The position numbers and the translations under genes were made by a program. A DNA stretch of 64,000 nt from an uncultured bacterium (GTDB taxonomy: Bacteria > Patescibacteriota > Microgenomatia > UBA1400 > CG1-02-47-37): contig CAXBYZ010000002.1 in assembly GCA_963980215.1 (NCBI GenBank), positions 1,726 through 65,725 of the forward strand, written 5' to 3'. Shown piece by piece: positions 9,402 to 20,320 of the stretch (within the stretch, counting starts at the first letter, position 1; every line of letters begins with the position of its first letter). The notes beneath the pieces are model-generated. The model was not told where the DNA came from. It worked only from the letters and a program-made list of their open reading frames with translations, and did not search any database.

Positions 9402-10670
9402 CTACCCCACCAATTTTTCAAATCGAGCCTTGTCTTTAAAATCCCCCAAGACCGTCAAATTTAACTTATTTTCTTCAAATACCCTCTTAGCAGTTTTACT
9501 AATCCCGGCCACACTCACCTCGTCAATCTTGGCTTTAATTTTTTCCACTGTCCTAATCTCGTTCTCCATCAATAAATTCTCACCAAACAAGTTAGCCACC
9601 GACTGACTATCCTCCAAAGATAAATCAATCCTCCCTTTCAAGTACTCTTTGGCTCGCTTCAACTCCACTTCACTCACCGTCTCAATTTTTTGATACTCTC
9701 CCCGCACCACCTTGATAGCCTCATCCACTCGCTTGGCATCACAACCGGCTTGAGTTACCAAGTAGCCGGTATCAAGCAGTAAATCTATACTGGAGCGAAC
9801 ATAGTAGACCAAGCCCCGCTTTTCTCGAATTTCATCCCACAACCTTGAGCTAGTGTTGCCTCCCAAAATAGTGTTTAACATCATCAAGTTATACCGATCG
9901 GGGTCAGTTGACTTAAACGTCTCCATTCCCAAGCAAAAATGGGCTTGCTGTATTGGTTTTTTCACTAATTTAACTCTCGCCTTTTCCTGTTTCACCACCA
10001 CTTGATTAGGTTTATCCGTAAACTTAATTTTCCCCTTCCGGTTGGATACAAATACCTCCTCAATCTGTTTTTCGGCCGTTTCCAAGCCACCTCCAGCCAA
10101 GACCAAAACCATATTAGCCGGTTGATACCAATAATCCAAGTACTTCACAAACTCCTTGTGTCCCAAAGATTTTATATTCTCAGCCGGTCCAATCACCAAT
10201 TGACCTAACTGGGTCGCACTATATACTTGTGATACAAAAGACTGAGCCACATTCCTCATCGGGTTATCCTCATACATCTTGATCTCCTCCAAAATCACTC
10301 CCCGCTCTTTTTCCAACTCATCCGCCGGCAGTAGCGGTTCAAACACCGCTTGATGCAAAAACTCCAAGCCCAACTCTAAGTGTTTCTTACCAATCTTCAT
10401 CCAAAAAGCAGTCATTTCTTGAGAGGTAAAAGCATTAAAGACGCCACCAACCGACTCAATCACCCGATTCATCTCCATTGGTGTTGGCCACTTCTTAGTT
10501 CCCTTAAACACCATGTGCTCCAAAAAATGTGAGATCCCGTTTATCTTGGCCGACTCATCCCTACTCCCCACTCGCACCATCACCATCGCCGTCACCGACT
10601 CGGTGGCCATCGGTATTTTTACCACCGTCAAACCATTTGCTAAAACCTGATTTTTTACTTGAAAACTCAT
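9402..10670 (-). CDS. M16 (pitrilysin-family) zinc peptidase
   Basis: GISHFLEHMVFKGT (HxxEH), NAFTS, SSRLWDEIREKRGLVY. Confidence 0.92.
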   Translation of the reverse strand: MSFQVKNQVLANGLTVVKIPMATESVTAMVMVRVGSRDESAKINGISHFLEHMVFKGTKKWPTPMEMNRVIESVGGVFNAFTSQEMTAFWMKIGKKHLELGLEFLHQAVFEPLLPADELEKERGVILEEIKMYEDNPMRNVAQSFVSQVYSATQLGQLVIGPAENIKSLGHKEFVKYLDYWYQPANMVLVLAGGGLETAEKQIEEVFVSNRKGKIKFTDKPNQVVVKQEKARVKLVKKPIQQAHFCLGMETFKSTDPDRYNLMMLNTILGGNTSSRLWDEIREKRGLVYYVRSSIDLLLDTGYLVTQAGCDAKRVDEAIKVVRGEYQKIETVSEVELKRAKEYLKGRIDLSLEDSQSVANLFGENLLMENEIRTVEKIKAKIDEVSVAGISKTAKRVFEENKLNLTVLGDFKDKARFEKLVG

Positions 10671-11035
10671 AATAACCACCTATATAAAGGTGTCACCTGT
10701 ATTCTACCACTTTTACTTTTTATTACATCTTCTTCTGCCTCGGTAACAATTATCTTCCTCACTCCCCTAATCTCTTTTGAAAGCTCCACCAATGACCTTA
10801 CTTCTCGATTTCTAATTACTTCATTATCCAAACTCAAGCTAGCTTGAATCGCCAGCTTTTTCTCCGGTACATAAAAATCCACTTCCAAATTATTTTTAGT
10901 TTGATAATAATATACTTGTTTATACTGCTGTCTCAACCTTAAATAAACCAAGTTCTCCAACAACCGACCGGAATTAGCCGAAAATGAAAATCCCACCGAC
11001 TTTGCCAAACCAGTATCAATCGAGTAAACCTTGCT
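10667..11035 (-). pseudogene. C-terminal remnant of an AAA_14/DUF4143 ATPase
   Basis: KVYSIDTGL...GRLLENLVY...EVDFY matches the C-termini of the intact paralogs (43932, 54857). In-frame TAA lies just upstream and there is no P-loop. Confidence 0.75.
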
Positions 11036-11169
11036 TTATTTTAGTAGCCAAACTGCCACAATCTTGATTCAACCTCTAGTTGGCGCAGAAACTCCACCTA
11101 CAATTGGAGTAGATCACTCCAATGCTTTGACTCTCAAGAAAACAACTACTAACCTGAATTTTGAGTCAT

Positions 11170-11565
11170 TTACGCTACTATTGCTCCAACGGGTAGAGGA
11201 TTAGCAGAAAAGTCATAATCATCCACTATCAGTTGAGCTAATCTCTCCCACATTCCCACCTCCGCCATCACATCAGGGTCAATATGTAAATCAAGCAAAT
11301 TAGTTGGATAAGTATGATATTTTTGGTGTAAATATTTTAAGGTTTGTTCATAATAGCTATCTAAACTTCCACCTTGAACAACAAACACCTTGGTAAACTC
11401 CCGTACTGCCACTGCCCGTAAAAAGTCCCCTGCACCTAATTTTTCAAATAATCCCCATTGATGAAGTGAATCCCAAAACTCCCGAGACACCCCCCTACCC
11501 TTAGGGTCTGGAGCCTTTATCCCACTTATTAGTGACCCATCTGGTCTGCAAAATATTTCTCTCAT
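11170..11565 (-). CDS. Hypothetical protein
   Basis: ORF only; last gene of a tight 4-gene minus-strand run. Confidence 0.55.
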   Translation of the reverse strand: MREIFCRPDGSLISGIKAPDPKGRGVSREFWDSLHQWGLFEKLGAGDFLRAVAVREFTKVFVVQGGSLDSYYEQTLKYLHQKYHTYPTNLLDLHIDPDVMAEVGMWERLAQLIVDDYDFSANPLPVGAIVA

Positions 11566-11569
11566 ACAA

Positions 11570-12436
11570 CTACACCACCACCAAACTCTTTTTAAACTTC
11601 AATACTTCTTCTATTAAATCTTTTTCTTTCCAAGTTGTTACAACCCTTAATGGATCCAAACACCAAGTAATTAGTTTCAAGTGTTTATTCATTAACGCAC
11701 CTCCTGTTTCTGAAGGTACTTTTACTTTCCTAGCCAATCTTTTTCCAAAGCTTTTTCCATAATTTACAGCCAACAATCCATTTTGATTAGCAGTCACTTC
11801 CAACAATACTTCATTCCGATGACCGTACCACTCCTTAGAGGGATTCAATGAATATTCCTCACTTTGTGTATCAACCAATCTTACACCTATGCCTTTATCA
11901 CTCTCAACAAATACATATCTAGATTCAGGCACCCTATTAGGGTTTTGCCCATGAACTCTATCATCTCCATTCAACCAACCACCACGTAAACTATACTCCC
12001 CATTTTCTGGATGCGAAAACAACAAAAAACTCGCTTGTACCCCCTTCCAACTCCATGACTTCATCAGAGTATCTTGAATCTCAAGACCCTCTCTAGCCAT
12101 ATGCACCTGAACACCAACCTGAGAGTACTGAAACACCCCTTGCCCATCCATAAATACTTGTACTTGAGTATCAATACTTGCATTTTTATCGTCAAGCAAT
12201 AGCGTTACAGCGTGGTGATCCGCAGAGAGTCTCTTATACTGTATTCTCCACACACTCTCATTCTCTCTCCCTTCACTTTCTCCAACTTCTAAATAAAAAT
12301 TTGGATCATCCATATTTTTGGGGAAAAATAGTTCAAGTCTTGGTGACTGTCGACTACCAACACATCCCTCATAGGAGGAAATATCAACAGTGGGAGCTAT
12401 GCTTCTCTCAGTTGACATGACCCCCCTCAAACCCAT
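11570..12436 (-). CDS. Hypothetical protein
   Basis: 288 aa ORF, no recognised motif. Confidence 0.65.
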   Translation of the reverse strand: MGLRGVMSTERSIAPTVDISSYEGCVGSRQSPRLELFFPKNMDDPNFYLEVGESEGRENESVWRIQYKRLSADHHAVTLLLDDKNASIDTQVQVFMDGQGVFQYSQVGVQVHMAREGLEIQDTLMKSWSWKGVQASFLLFSHPENGEYSLRGGWLNGDDRVHGQNPNRVPESRYVFVESDKGIGVRLVDTQSEEYSLNPSKEWYGHRNEVLLEVTANQNGLLAVNYGKSFGKRLARKVKVPSETGGALMNKHLKLITWCLDPLRVVTTWKEKDLIEEVLKFKKSLVVV

Positions 12437-13208
12437 CTTTAAACAAACATTCCGGTATAGTATATCCAGGAGTAAACCATATCCACTTTTCTATATTTTC
12501 TCTATCAAAAGTTACCGTGCTTCCGGAGTTATATTTTTTTCCTGCTAAATTCATTAAATTCCCCAACAAAGCTATAGGTGTTTTAGCAAGAATTCCAATT
12601 GAACTAACTAATTCTTTCATCATCGTTAACATTCCTTCTCTACCTCCATCCAAGACTAATTTTCCAGAGCAAGAGGTCACTGGATATTGAAATATTCCAT
12701 CATTTTCAATCTTAAACGGATTCAAACTAAAACTCTCCCCAAACTGTTCTTGATATCTTGCCAAAATTGCCCCACAACAATCATCCATAGCATCATTCAC
12801 ACCCACAAATTCACTATCTTTTTCCCACTTAACTACTTCTTTATATGAAAGACTCATCTTCCAACCATATCTGTCCACTGTAAACTGCAGTGGCACTCTA
12901 TATTTACACATCTCTTCATGCTCCCTAATCTCAGTAGAGCTCATATTTGACCTAAACACCTCACTCTCCCATCTCCACTCACCCTTCGAATTCACTACAC
13001 TCGTAATCCCGGGAACGTCTAGTACCAACCCATGGTCTTTCAAAACAGTAAATATAGGTAAAAATAATTTATCAAGACCTAATCTCTCAAATTCATGTTT
13101 ACGTGTATCTCCAAACGCAACAATCGTTGAATCTGGATCTATACGTAAAGCAAGTGGAGAACCACCGGATGATGAGATAGTAATCGTTTTTTCATGTTCA
13201 TTAACCAT
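12408..13208 (-). CDS. Hypothetical protein
   Basis: 266 aa ORF, no recognised motif. Confidence 0.65.
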   Translation of the reverse strand: MVNEHEKTITISSSGGSPLALRIDPDSTIVAFGDTRKHEFERLGLDKLFLPIFTVLKDHGLVLDVPGITSVVNSKGEWRWESEVFRSNMSSTEIREHEEMCKYRVPLQFTVDRYGWKMSLSYKEVVKWEKDSEFVGVNDAMDDCCGAILARYQEQFGESFSLNPFKIENDGIFQYPVTSCSGKLVLDGGREGMLTMMKELVSSIGILAKTPIALLGNLMNLAGKKYNSGSTVTFDRENIEKWIWFTPGYTIPECLFKDGFEGGHVN

Positions 13209-13219
13209 ACCACCACTCC

Positions 13220-13801
13220 TTATACTGCTACCAAATTTATAAACGCTTTAGTTACGGCACTCGCAAATCTAAGGCTATCGTGCACATACCATGGAGTTAA
13301 CGCCAGCGCTTGCTTATCATAACCTTCACCAAGTAATGAGTTTCTTTCAAATCTCAACCCATTTGCGGTCCGTCTTGGTTCCATCAGTAAGCCCCACCTC
13401 AATGATCTTGCTCTTGAAGCATTTAGTGTTTCAAGTTTGGAATGATTATTATCACCCGAAAGCAATATCATTGGTACCCAAACACTGTGCATATCATTAT
13501 TAACCAAACTCCACTGCGCCCTCACCCCATCACCTATTTGATGAATTTCTGAATAAGATTTTATTGATCCACCCATCTCTCTCCTCAATTTAAAATAAAT
13601 ATCAAATCCACTTGTTTCACCTCCAGTTTGTTCAAAAGTCATTTGATCTTGAGTCAAACCTTCTCTCGACAACCTTTGGCCCACCACCACTATTCCAGTG
13701 TGTAAATTTGCTCCAGGAGCTAACACTGTCCGTAATCCCGGAACTTCCCCCCATGGGGCATCATTGTTCAATAAATCTATTGCTTGCTCTGGTTCCCTCA
13801 T
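13220..13801 (-). CDS. Hypothetical protein
   Basis: 193 aa ORF, no recognised motif. Confidence 0.6.
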   Translation of the reverse strand: MREPEQAIDLLNNDAPWGEVPGLRTVLAPGANLHTGIVVVGQRLSREGLTQDQMTFEQTGGETSGFDIYFKLRREMGGSIKSYSEIHQIGDGVRAQWSLVNNDMHSVWVPMILLSGDNNHSKLETLNASRARSLRWGLLMEPRRTANGLRFERNSLLGEGYDKQALALTPWYVHDSLRFASAVTKAFINLVAV

Positions 13802-13972
13802 ACGCTCGGAATTCTACAATAACTTCCAATAGTTGTCAACTATAAGCCTATATTGACAGATCGAGTTCCAAATGATATATTCCACCAACTATAACTTATA
13901 GTAAATAAATGTATGATAATAGAAGATAATTGACTTCTTTTTTCAATAAATAGTAAAAAAAATTAAAAAATT

Positions 13973-16690
13973 ATGTCACCACAGGAAAGAGCAGTAGTCA
14001 GGCTAGCAAAACTTCCTATAAGACTTGCCCTATCTGTTGTAGATACTCCAAATGCTGTGCTCACTAGAGACCTAGAAGAGAGTCTCTCTTTCGGAACCAG
14101 GCCAGGTCTTACAAATTTTCTCCTAAACACCTTTAATGACCGACTACAAACAGAGGTAAATTGGAAACTAAATCATCCTCAATTATATTACCCTCTAGCA
14201 AATAAACCAGAAGAAGCCGTTGTCTTTGAGCTTTATGATACTCACGCTCAGCTTGCTACCAACTTTTTAGCTACCGCAGGCAGAACTCTACCAAGTTCAG
14301 AAACATCTAAACATAACGCCCAACTTTTAACTAGACTGGCTATTAATTTAATTATTCAGTCAGAAAATTGTTATAAACCCAGCACCAGCACTGAAATATT
14401 TGAAGATAAAAGACTAGCCTCCATCACTACCAGAGTTGCCCAAACTCCTCTCGATCCAAACACCACCAAAGCTCTTGTAGAAGTCATAAAAACCTGCTTC
14501 AACAACAAAAGCCCAAATATTGACCAACAAGGTAAACCCATCCATCCACTCCTAAAAATCAAAACTGGCAGCAGAGTCGACCCAGAGACGAATAAAGTAA
14601 AAGAGGTAAATCTAACCCTGGAAACGGCTGAATATCTTTTAGGGCTTCTCACCGACCTCAAATTTAGTCGACCTCCAAAAGAAGTAGTTCCCTTAATACA
14701 ATCCCTTGCTTTTGGTATCGAAAACTGGACCAGGTTTGCTATTAAAAATCCAGAAAAATTTGCTCTAGAAGTTATTAGAGATATGACTAATACACATCCT
14801 TTTGGGAGTTACATTTATACCAAAACAGCCTGTGGACCAGATACTCAAGTTAGTCATACAAAATCAGAGAATCGCGCTGATGACCTAGGAACTTTACCAG
14901 AAAACTGGATGAAAAATGGTAATTTAACCATGGGTAAACAAAGTCCATATCCAGAATATACCACCGATACTTTTACTCATTTCCGTCCAAAACAAGCCAC
15001 CCCAACCAGAAAATTAGAACCAATCGGAGGCGAAACCCCAACCCCATTAAGAATTAACGATAGGATAGCATCAACTGCAATCAGACATTTCTCTAAATTT
15101 CATCCTGGTAGATGGATTGAAAATTTTTCTAGATTTCCTTGGTACTCTGAAAAATATAAAACTATGGGCGGTGAAGTCGCCTATGTTGATGACCGTCATA
15201 GTTATCAAGAATTAGCTAATGCCCAAGCTGAAATTGTAAAAAAACGAGTCGATCAACTCAAAATTATTATTGATAAAAGTAACTCACCAGACTCCAAACT
15301 CACTGCTACTCACGCCTTAGCTTGTTATCTGGTCGATTATCAAGATGACGAAAGAGGAATTAGTCATAGTTTAAGAAGTGCTCTAGACAAACACATTGCC
15401 CCCTTACTGGCACAAATAATTATCAATAGTCAACCTAATGATGCTATCTGGCCCATGCTTCAAAACACAGTGCCACTCATGCCGTTTAGTAGTATTGACA
15501 CCATGCTTCAACACATGGAGCAAAATATGGGCACCACTCAACACTGCTTTAACTGGGCCGCCTTTTGCTACATTGCCCACGGAGATATTGCTCAAAGTGG
15601 TTTTAATGGAATACACGTTAGCGATGAAACCAGAAAAGCCATTTTCTATAGTGCTCAACGAGTTATTTTTGACAAACTTCCAGATCAAAAAAGTGCCGGA
15701 GTTAACTTTGTTCACCCTATTATGGCTTTTGCCAACCCCAAACAATATCCTCATTTTCAAGAATCTATTGAAGTTGCAAGTTTAAATGTCCACGCTCTTG
15801 CCCCCAGAATAACTCAATCATGGAAAGAGTATGTAGCTTATGATTTACGAGGCCACGATACTAACCCTCCGTTTACAGCAGAAAAAATCAAACCATTACT
15901 CAATCTTCTCCCAGATCCAGAATCTGTTAGAGAACTCATGCAACAACTTCAAAAGATTAAAGATCCAGCAAGTGAACTAGACTCTATCCTCCCTGGCCTT
16001 GCTCAGGAACTAAACGAATCAAGACAATCCTTAATCCAAGCTCTTGACATTCTTGCCCCCACAGACAAAATAGTAGATTTCGATGAATTACAAGATTTTT
16101 TAAATAAAGAAAGCCTTAATCCGCAAGATATTGAAGATCTCCAAGCAAGAATAGTAGCTAAAATTTTTGATAAACCTGGTGACGCCGCCATCATCATTGC
16201 CTTAAAGGAATCAGGACTCCTTCCCCTTCTTACCAAAAATGAAGCAATAAAAGCTGCTAAAATTACTGCTCTTAGAGGGGTTGTCTCAAGTACAGCTAAA
16301 AATCTCTCTGATAGTGCCATGGAAGCTATGCTCACCAAAATTGAAACTCAACTAGAACCAATCAAAGCCACTCTCGCTCTTCAGCAAACTGCTCTTGATA
16401 TCACCAAAAGTATCAGAGAAGGGTTTTCTGATATTATGAAAACTCAAATTAATTTAAAACTCAAATATGTTAATCATCTCCAAAATCTGGTCAACTCCCA
16501 ACATGAAAACACAGAGTTGCAAAGGGTTAGAAAAACAGTTTATAACAACTGCGGTAAAATTAGAAAAGAGTTAAAATGTAACATAAGTCAATTATTACCT
16601 AATCTTACCCTTGAAGAGCTTGTCGAAATCCTTAACCTTCCCCCAGAAATACAAGAAATTTTACTACAAACAAATACAACTACTACCTAA
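13973..16690 (+). CDS. Large hypothetical protein with helical/coiled-coil-like C-terminus
   Basis: 905 aa ORF; no signal peptide or catalytic motif recognised. Confidence 0.8.
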   Translation: MSPQERAVVRLAKLPIRLALSVVDTPNAVLTRDLEESLSFGTRPGLTNFLLNTFNDRLQTEVNWKLNHPQLYYPLANKPEEAVVFELYDTHAQLATNFLATAGRTLPSSETSKHNAQLLTRLAINLIIQSENCYKPSTSTEIFEDKRLASITTRVAQTPLDPNTTKALVEVIKTCFNNKSPNIDQQGKPIHPLLKIKTGSRVDPETNKVKEVNLTLETAEYLLGLLTDLKFSRPPKEVVPLIQSLAFGIENWTRFAIKNPEKFALEVIRDMTNTHPFGSYIYTKTACGPDTQVSHTKSENRADDLGTLPENWMKNGNLTMGKQSPYPEYTTDTFTHFRPKQATPTRKLEPIGGETPTPLRINDRIASTAIRHFSKFHPGRWIENFSRFPWYSEKYKTMGGEVAYVDDRHSYQELANAQAEIVKKRVDQLKIIIDKSNSPDSKLTATHALACYLVDYQDDERGISHSLRSALDKHIAPLLAQIIINSQPNDAIWPMLQNTVPLMPFSSIDTMLQHMEQNMGTTQHCFNWAAFCYIAHGDIAQSGFNGIHVSDETRKAIFYSAQRVIFDKLPDQKSAGVNFVHPIMAFANPKQYPHFQESIEVASLNVHALAPRITQSWKEYVAYDLRGHDTNPPFTAEKIKPLLNLLPDPESVRELMQQLQKIKDPASELDSILPGLAQELNESRQSLIQALDILAPTDKIVDFDELQDFLNKESLNPQDIEDLQARIVAKIFDKPGDAAIIIALKESGLLPLLTKNEAIKAAKITALRGVVSSTAKNLSDSAMEAMLTKIETQLEPIKATLALQQTALDITKSIREGFSDIMKTQINLKLKYVNHLQNLVNSQHENTELQRVRKTVYNNCGKIRKELKCNISQLLPNLTLEELVEILNLPPEIQEILLQTNTTTT

Positions 16691-16705
16691 AAACCCTAAG
16701 TTAAT

Positions 16706-17068
16706 ATGAATCATGAAACCACATCACCCATCAAGCGACTAGACTCAAATTCCCCACCATCTTCTCCGCCCAACATCATTGATTTCTATCAACATATTTT
16801 TTTTCAAAAAATTATTCTTCCATTTCTTCTCAATCCAATAATGAAAGCACGAGCCAAAGAAGAAGAACATTATTTTGGAGAAATAGTAACCGAAAAAACT
16901 CGTAAATTTTTTGGATTACCAGTTAATCCTTACGGAAATAGAGCATGGAGGGAAGTAAAACAAGAAAAATATCTTGTTCGTGATGAGCAAGGACGTATAA
17001 TGTCTCTAGCTGAGTATCGAGAAAAATACCCCAATAGTAACCAACACCCTGTACAAAACATATATTAA
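16706..17068 (+). CDS. Hypothetical protein
   Basis: 120 aa ORF starting 15 nt after the 905 aa gene. Confidence 0.5.
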   Translation: MNHETTSPIKRLDSNSPPSSPPNIIDFYQHIFFQKIILPFLLNPIMKARAKEEEHYFGEIVTEKTRKFFGLPVNPYGNRAWREVKQEKYLVRDEQGRIMSLAEYREKYPNSNQHPVQNIY

Positions 17069-17086
17069 ATCAATCATTACCAAACT

Positions 17087-18337
17087 CTAACTCAATATCT
17101 CCCTTGCCACCTCACTTTCCCTCATCTCCCCCAGTAATTTCTGCGCTTCAAGATACATCCCTGCATTATATCCACTATTCTCCCAATCACGACTACAGAC
17201 AACATCCGTGCTCACAGTGCTTGACCTATCCAAATTATATGGCCGTAAACCCACCCGATTAATCTTCACTCTCCGAATAACCGGCACCATCGTGCCTCTC
17301 TCGGTCAACTGCAACCCCAAAGCCCGACCATCTAGCTTAGATAAATCATTTTCCTGTATCTCTGCCAAAGTCCTCGCCGTCAACCAATCAACTAACCTTA
17401 CTACTCGATCTACATAACTATTATCACCTGTCTGACGGACTGGCCAACCCGGCATAAAATTCCATACCTCCCATTTATATCCATGACTATCATCCAAAGT
17501 CACCCTCAACTTATCCGGCCTAATAGAAAAAACTACACCCAAACCATGCATCACCGCACTTACCCGCAAACCACAACACTGAGTAATTTGACTACTCTCT
17601 TTATTCCGCAGATTACTAGTCCAAGTTAAGTTATCTCTATGATATTTGCGCAGATTATCAGCCATTGCTAGCAACATTCCCCCCATTTCCATTTCCTTCC
17701 AAGCCAGAGTCATCTCTTGCGGACCAGGGAACTGCACCAGCCATTGACTCCGTTCCTGAGGATCCAAACTATCAAATGATAAAGTACCGCTAAACGGATA
17801 ACCAGCCCTGATCTTAGCTATTACTTTCTCCATCATTAAGTTATATGCAAACTGTCCGTCTACTTCTTTCTCAAGGATCGTCTGATTACTGTTATATCCA
17901 ATCGCCAACCTCCTATCATCCAAAGTCGACCTCACCCAATTCAACCCCTTCTCTGATATTGTAGGAGTTACTATCCTAAAGCTATTATCTAAATATCTAA
18001 TATATTCCCCATAATATGCGTCATCATCTTTTTTATAAATCAACGGCACACCACCTTCGTCAGACTTAACCGGCCTTGATGCCCACCACAAATCCGTCAA
18101 CCTAGACAAATGACTTATCCCCACCCTCATCGCCATCCTCAAATGCTCCTGTGTTACTTTCTCTCCTTTCATTAATGCCTCAGCATAACCTGGATGATCC
18201 ATCGCCCAACCAGCCGCCATCAGCTTACCCAAAGAAAGTTTAGGATATGGTGACTGCCTTTCCGGCCTACCATCCACCACACTATATCCACTCACGAAAT
18301 CTGGCATTAAAGATTTCTGCCTTGCGCGTTCTGTCAT
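17087..18337 (-). CDS. Hypothetical protein
   Basis: 416 aa ORF, no recognised motif. Confidence 0.7.
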   Translation of the reverse strand: MTERARQKSLMPDFVSGYSVVDGRPERQSPYPKLSLGKLMAAGWAMDHPGYAEALMKGEKVTQEHLRMAMRVGISHLSRLTDLWWASRPVKSDEGGVPLIYKKDDDAYYGEYIRYLDNSFRIVTPTISEKGLNWVRSTLDDRRLAIGYNSNQTILEKEVDGQFAYNLMMEKVIAKIRAGYPFSGTLSFDSLDPQERSQWLVQFPGPQEMTLAWKEMEMGGMLLAMADNLRKYHRDNLTWTSNLRNKESSQITQCCGLRVSAVMHGLGVVFSIRPDKLRVTLDDSHGYKWEVWNFMPGWPVRQTGDNSYVDRVVRLVDWLTARTLAEIQENDLSKLDGRALGLQLTERGTMVPVIRRVKINRVGLRPYNLDRSSTVSTDVVCSRDWENSGYNAGMYLEAQKLLGEMRESEVAREILS

Positions 18338-18437
18338 ATATACACCACAATGCGAGCAGGCTTATATTTACTATATACAACTTTACACTCTTACTCAAAC
18401 TACCGTATAATCTCCTCACTGCCCTATACTATAATAT

Positions 18438-19667
18438 ATGACACCAAAATCCTGGCAGCTAAAACTTTTCTACCTCATCTTATTTTTAATTCCTTCCAAT
18501 CTCGCCAAACACTTCATCCTCCCTTCATCCTACGTCTCCGGCATCTTAGTTGACTACCTCATCCCTACTATTTATCTCACTGATATTCTTATCCTCACCC
18601 TCCTTGTTTGTAACAAAGGACTGTCCTTTGTTACAGTTGTTAAATCAAGCTTTTTTGTTTTCTTGCTCTGCTTACTCCCCTCAATCATTTTCGCCTCCTC
18701 CCCAATTCCAGCTATCTACAAGTACTTAAAACTCATAGAGCTAGTCTTATTTTCCCTCTGGGTCAAACAAAATATTAATCTAAAAAAACATCTACAACCC
18801 ATTATTACTATCCTTACCCTCTCTACCCTCTTTCAATCTCTCCTAGCCTTAACTCAATGGTTCAAACAATCATCGCTTTTTGGTTACTATTTTTTGGGCG
18901 AACAACCCTTTACCTCAGCTTCAGTTGGTATTGATAAAATCACTTGGTTCACTGGCGCTATCAAAATCCCCCCTATGGGCACCTTCCCTCACCCCAATGT
19001 TTTAGGAGGCTTTTTAGCCGTAGTTTTACCGCTTATCCTCTATAAGGGTCTTAATTCCAACACAAGGTTACGAACCTTGTGTTACACCTCATTTTTGCTC
19101 GGTCTCCTCACCCTTTTTCTCACCTTCTCTCTCTCCGCTTGGTTAGCCTTTCTCTTAATCGGCCTTCCCCTCACCCTAAAGAAAATATTTAAGGTTCGGA
19201 ACCTTAAATTTATCTTTATCTACTCAGGGCTTTTCTTAATCCTCTTTTCTTTTGCTACCAAATTTACCTTTCTTGCTCCCCAAAGCTCCTTTAGCCGTCG
19301 TTCTCAACTAACCCAGATTGCTCTCAAATCTTTTACCCACTCACCCATTGTTGGTGTTGGCCTTAATAACTTTACCATTAACATGGAACACTACGGCTAC
19401 ATCACTTCCACTACTCGTTTTCTCCAACCCGTCCATAACATCTTTCTTTTAATCCTCTCCGAAACCGGCCTCATCGGCCTTGCTGGCTTTCTTTATCTTT
19501 TAGGTTCAAAACTTCAGCAATTGCGACTCCGACAAAAGTCGGAGCAAGTTTTGAACCTAAAAATATTCTTAATCCCTCTCCTCACCCTCCTCTTCCTCGG
19601 CCTCTTCGATCACTACCCTTTTACCATCCAACAAAGTTTATTGCTACTCTTTACCCTAATTAACTAA
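18438..19667 (+). CDS. O-antigen ligase (Wzy_C)-family membrane protein
   Basis: Multi-TM; GTFPHPNVLGG, GVGLNNF, PVHNIFLLILSETGLIG, FDHY. Confidence 0.85.
   Translation: MTPKSWQLKLFYLILFLIPSNLAKHFILPSSYVSGILVDYLIPTIYLTDILILTLLVCNKGLSFVTVVKSSFFVFLLCLLPSIIFASSPIPAIYKYLKLIELVLFSLWVKQNINLKKHLQPIITILTLSTLFQSLLALTQWFKQSSLFGYYFLGEQPFTSASVGIDKITWFTGAIKIPPMGTFPHPNVLGGFLAVVLPLILYKGLNSNTRLRTLCYTSFLLGLLTLFLTFSLSAWLAFLLIGLPLTLKKIFKVRNLKFIFIYSGLFLILFSFATKFTFLAPQSSFSRRSQLTQIALKSFTHSPIVGVGLNNFTINMEHYGYITSTTRFLQPVHNIFLLILSETGLIGLAGFLYLLGSKLQQLRLRQKSEQVLNLKIFLIPLLTLLFLGLFDHYPFTIQQSLLLLFTLIN
18609..18635. repeat. Family B palindrome (same as the transposase flanks) inside CDS
   Basis: tgtaacaaaggac-t-gtcctttgttaca, encodes CNKGLSFVT. 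Confidence 0.92.
19059..19083. repeat. Family A palindrome inside CDS
   Basis: aacacaaggtt-acg-aaccttgtgtt. Confidence 0.85.
19187..19209. repeat. Family A palindrome inside CDS
   Basis: atttaaggttc-g-gaaccttaaat. Confidence 0.85.
19498..19562. repeat. Composite family A element inside CDS
   Basis: 17 bp arms ttttaggttcaaaactt/aagttttgaacctaaaa around cagcaattgcga-ctccgac-aaaa-gtcggag; sister of 4769-4823. Confidence 0.9.
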
Positions 19668-19703
19668 TATTGTATATTATTATTTGTCTTTTCTTATCTT
19701 CAT

Positions 19704-20315
19704 ATGCAAAAAAATAAGTTACTTAAAATTAGCATTCTTTGTTCACATAAAGATCCAGAAAACAAAGACAAAATCTTAATTAACTCCATTATCGATAAGA
19801 TTATTACTAACAAGCTTGATCAAAAAATCCAAATCTTTCATGGTGGTAGCATAGGTACTATGATGTATCTGAGGGACCAATTAACCCAAAACAATATCTA
19901 TAATACTGGGGTCATTTCTGATCCGTATATCAACCATGAACTAGAAAACAAATCATTTAAAGTTATTAGATATAAAAGTATTTTTTCAAGATTCGAAAAA
20001 CTTGTTCAGTCTAAAATAATCCTCACTCTTCCTAATGGTGGCGAAGGTACTGAAGCTGAACTAAGAGCTGCGTTAACTACAATTAAAGTTCTTGGTTGGA
20101 AACAAAAAAATAATTTTCCAATACTAAACTGTGAAAAAAAAACTCTATGCGTGACCGGAAAATTTATTAAACGAACAAAAAACTATTTAAACTATTGGCT
20201 TGATCAAGGCAATACAAGTTTTATCTCCCCAATTGTATCTCAATCAATTCATTACCTAAGCAATAATATTCCCAAACAGCTTATTACCATCATCAACCAA
20301 TCTATTTATTTATAA
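19704..20315 (+). CDS. SLOG/LOG-superfamily nucleotide-binding protein
   Basis: HGGSIGTM, TGVIS and LPNGGEGTEAEL (cf. PGGxGTxxE). Confidence 0.6.
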   Translation: MQKNKLLKISILCSHKDPENKDKILINSIIDKIITNKLDQKIQIFHGGSIGTMMYLRDQLTQNNIYNTGVISDPYINHELENKSFKVIRYKSIFSRFEKLVQSKIILTLPNGGEGTEAELRAALTTIKVLGWKQKNNFPILNCEKKTLCVTGKFIKRTKNYLNYWLDQGNTSFISPIVSQSIHYLSNNIPKQLITIINQSIYL

Positions 20316-20320
20316 GCATC

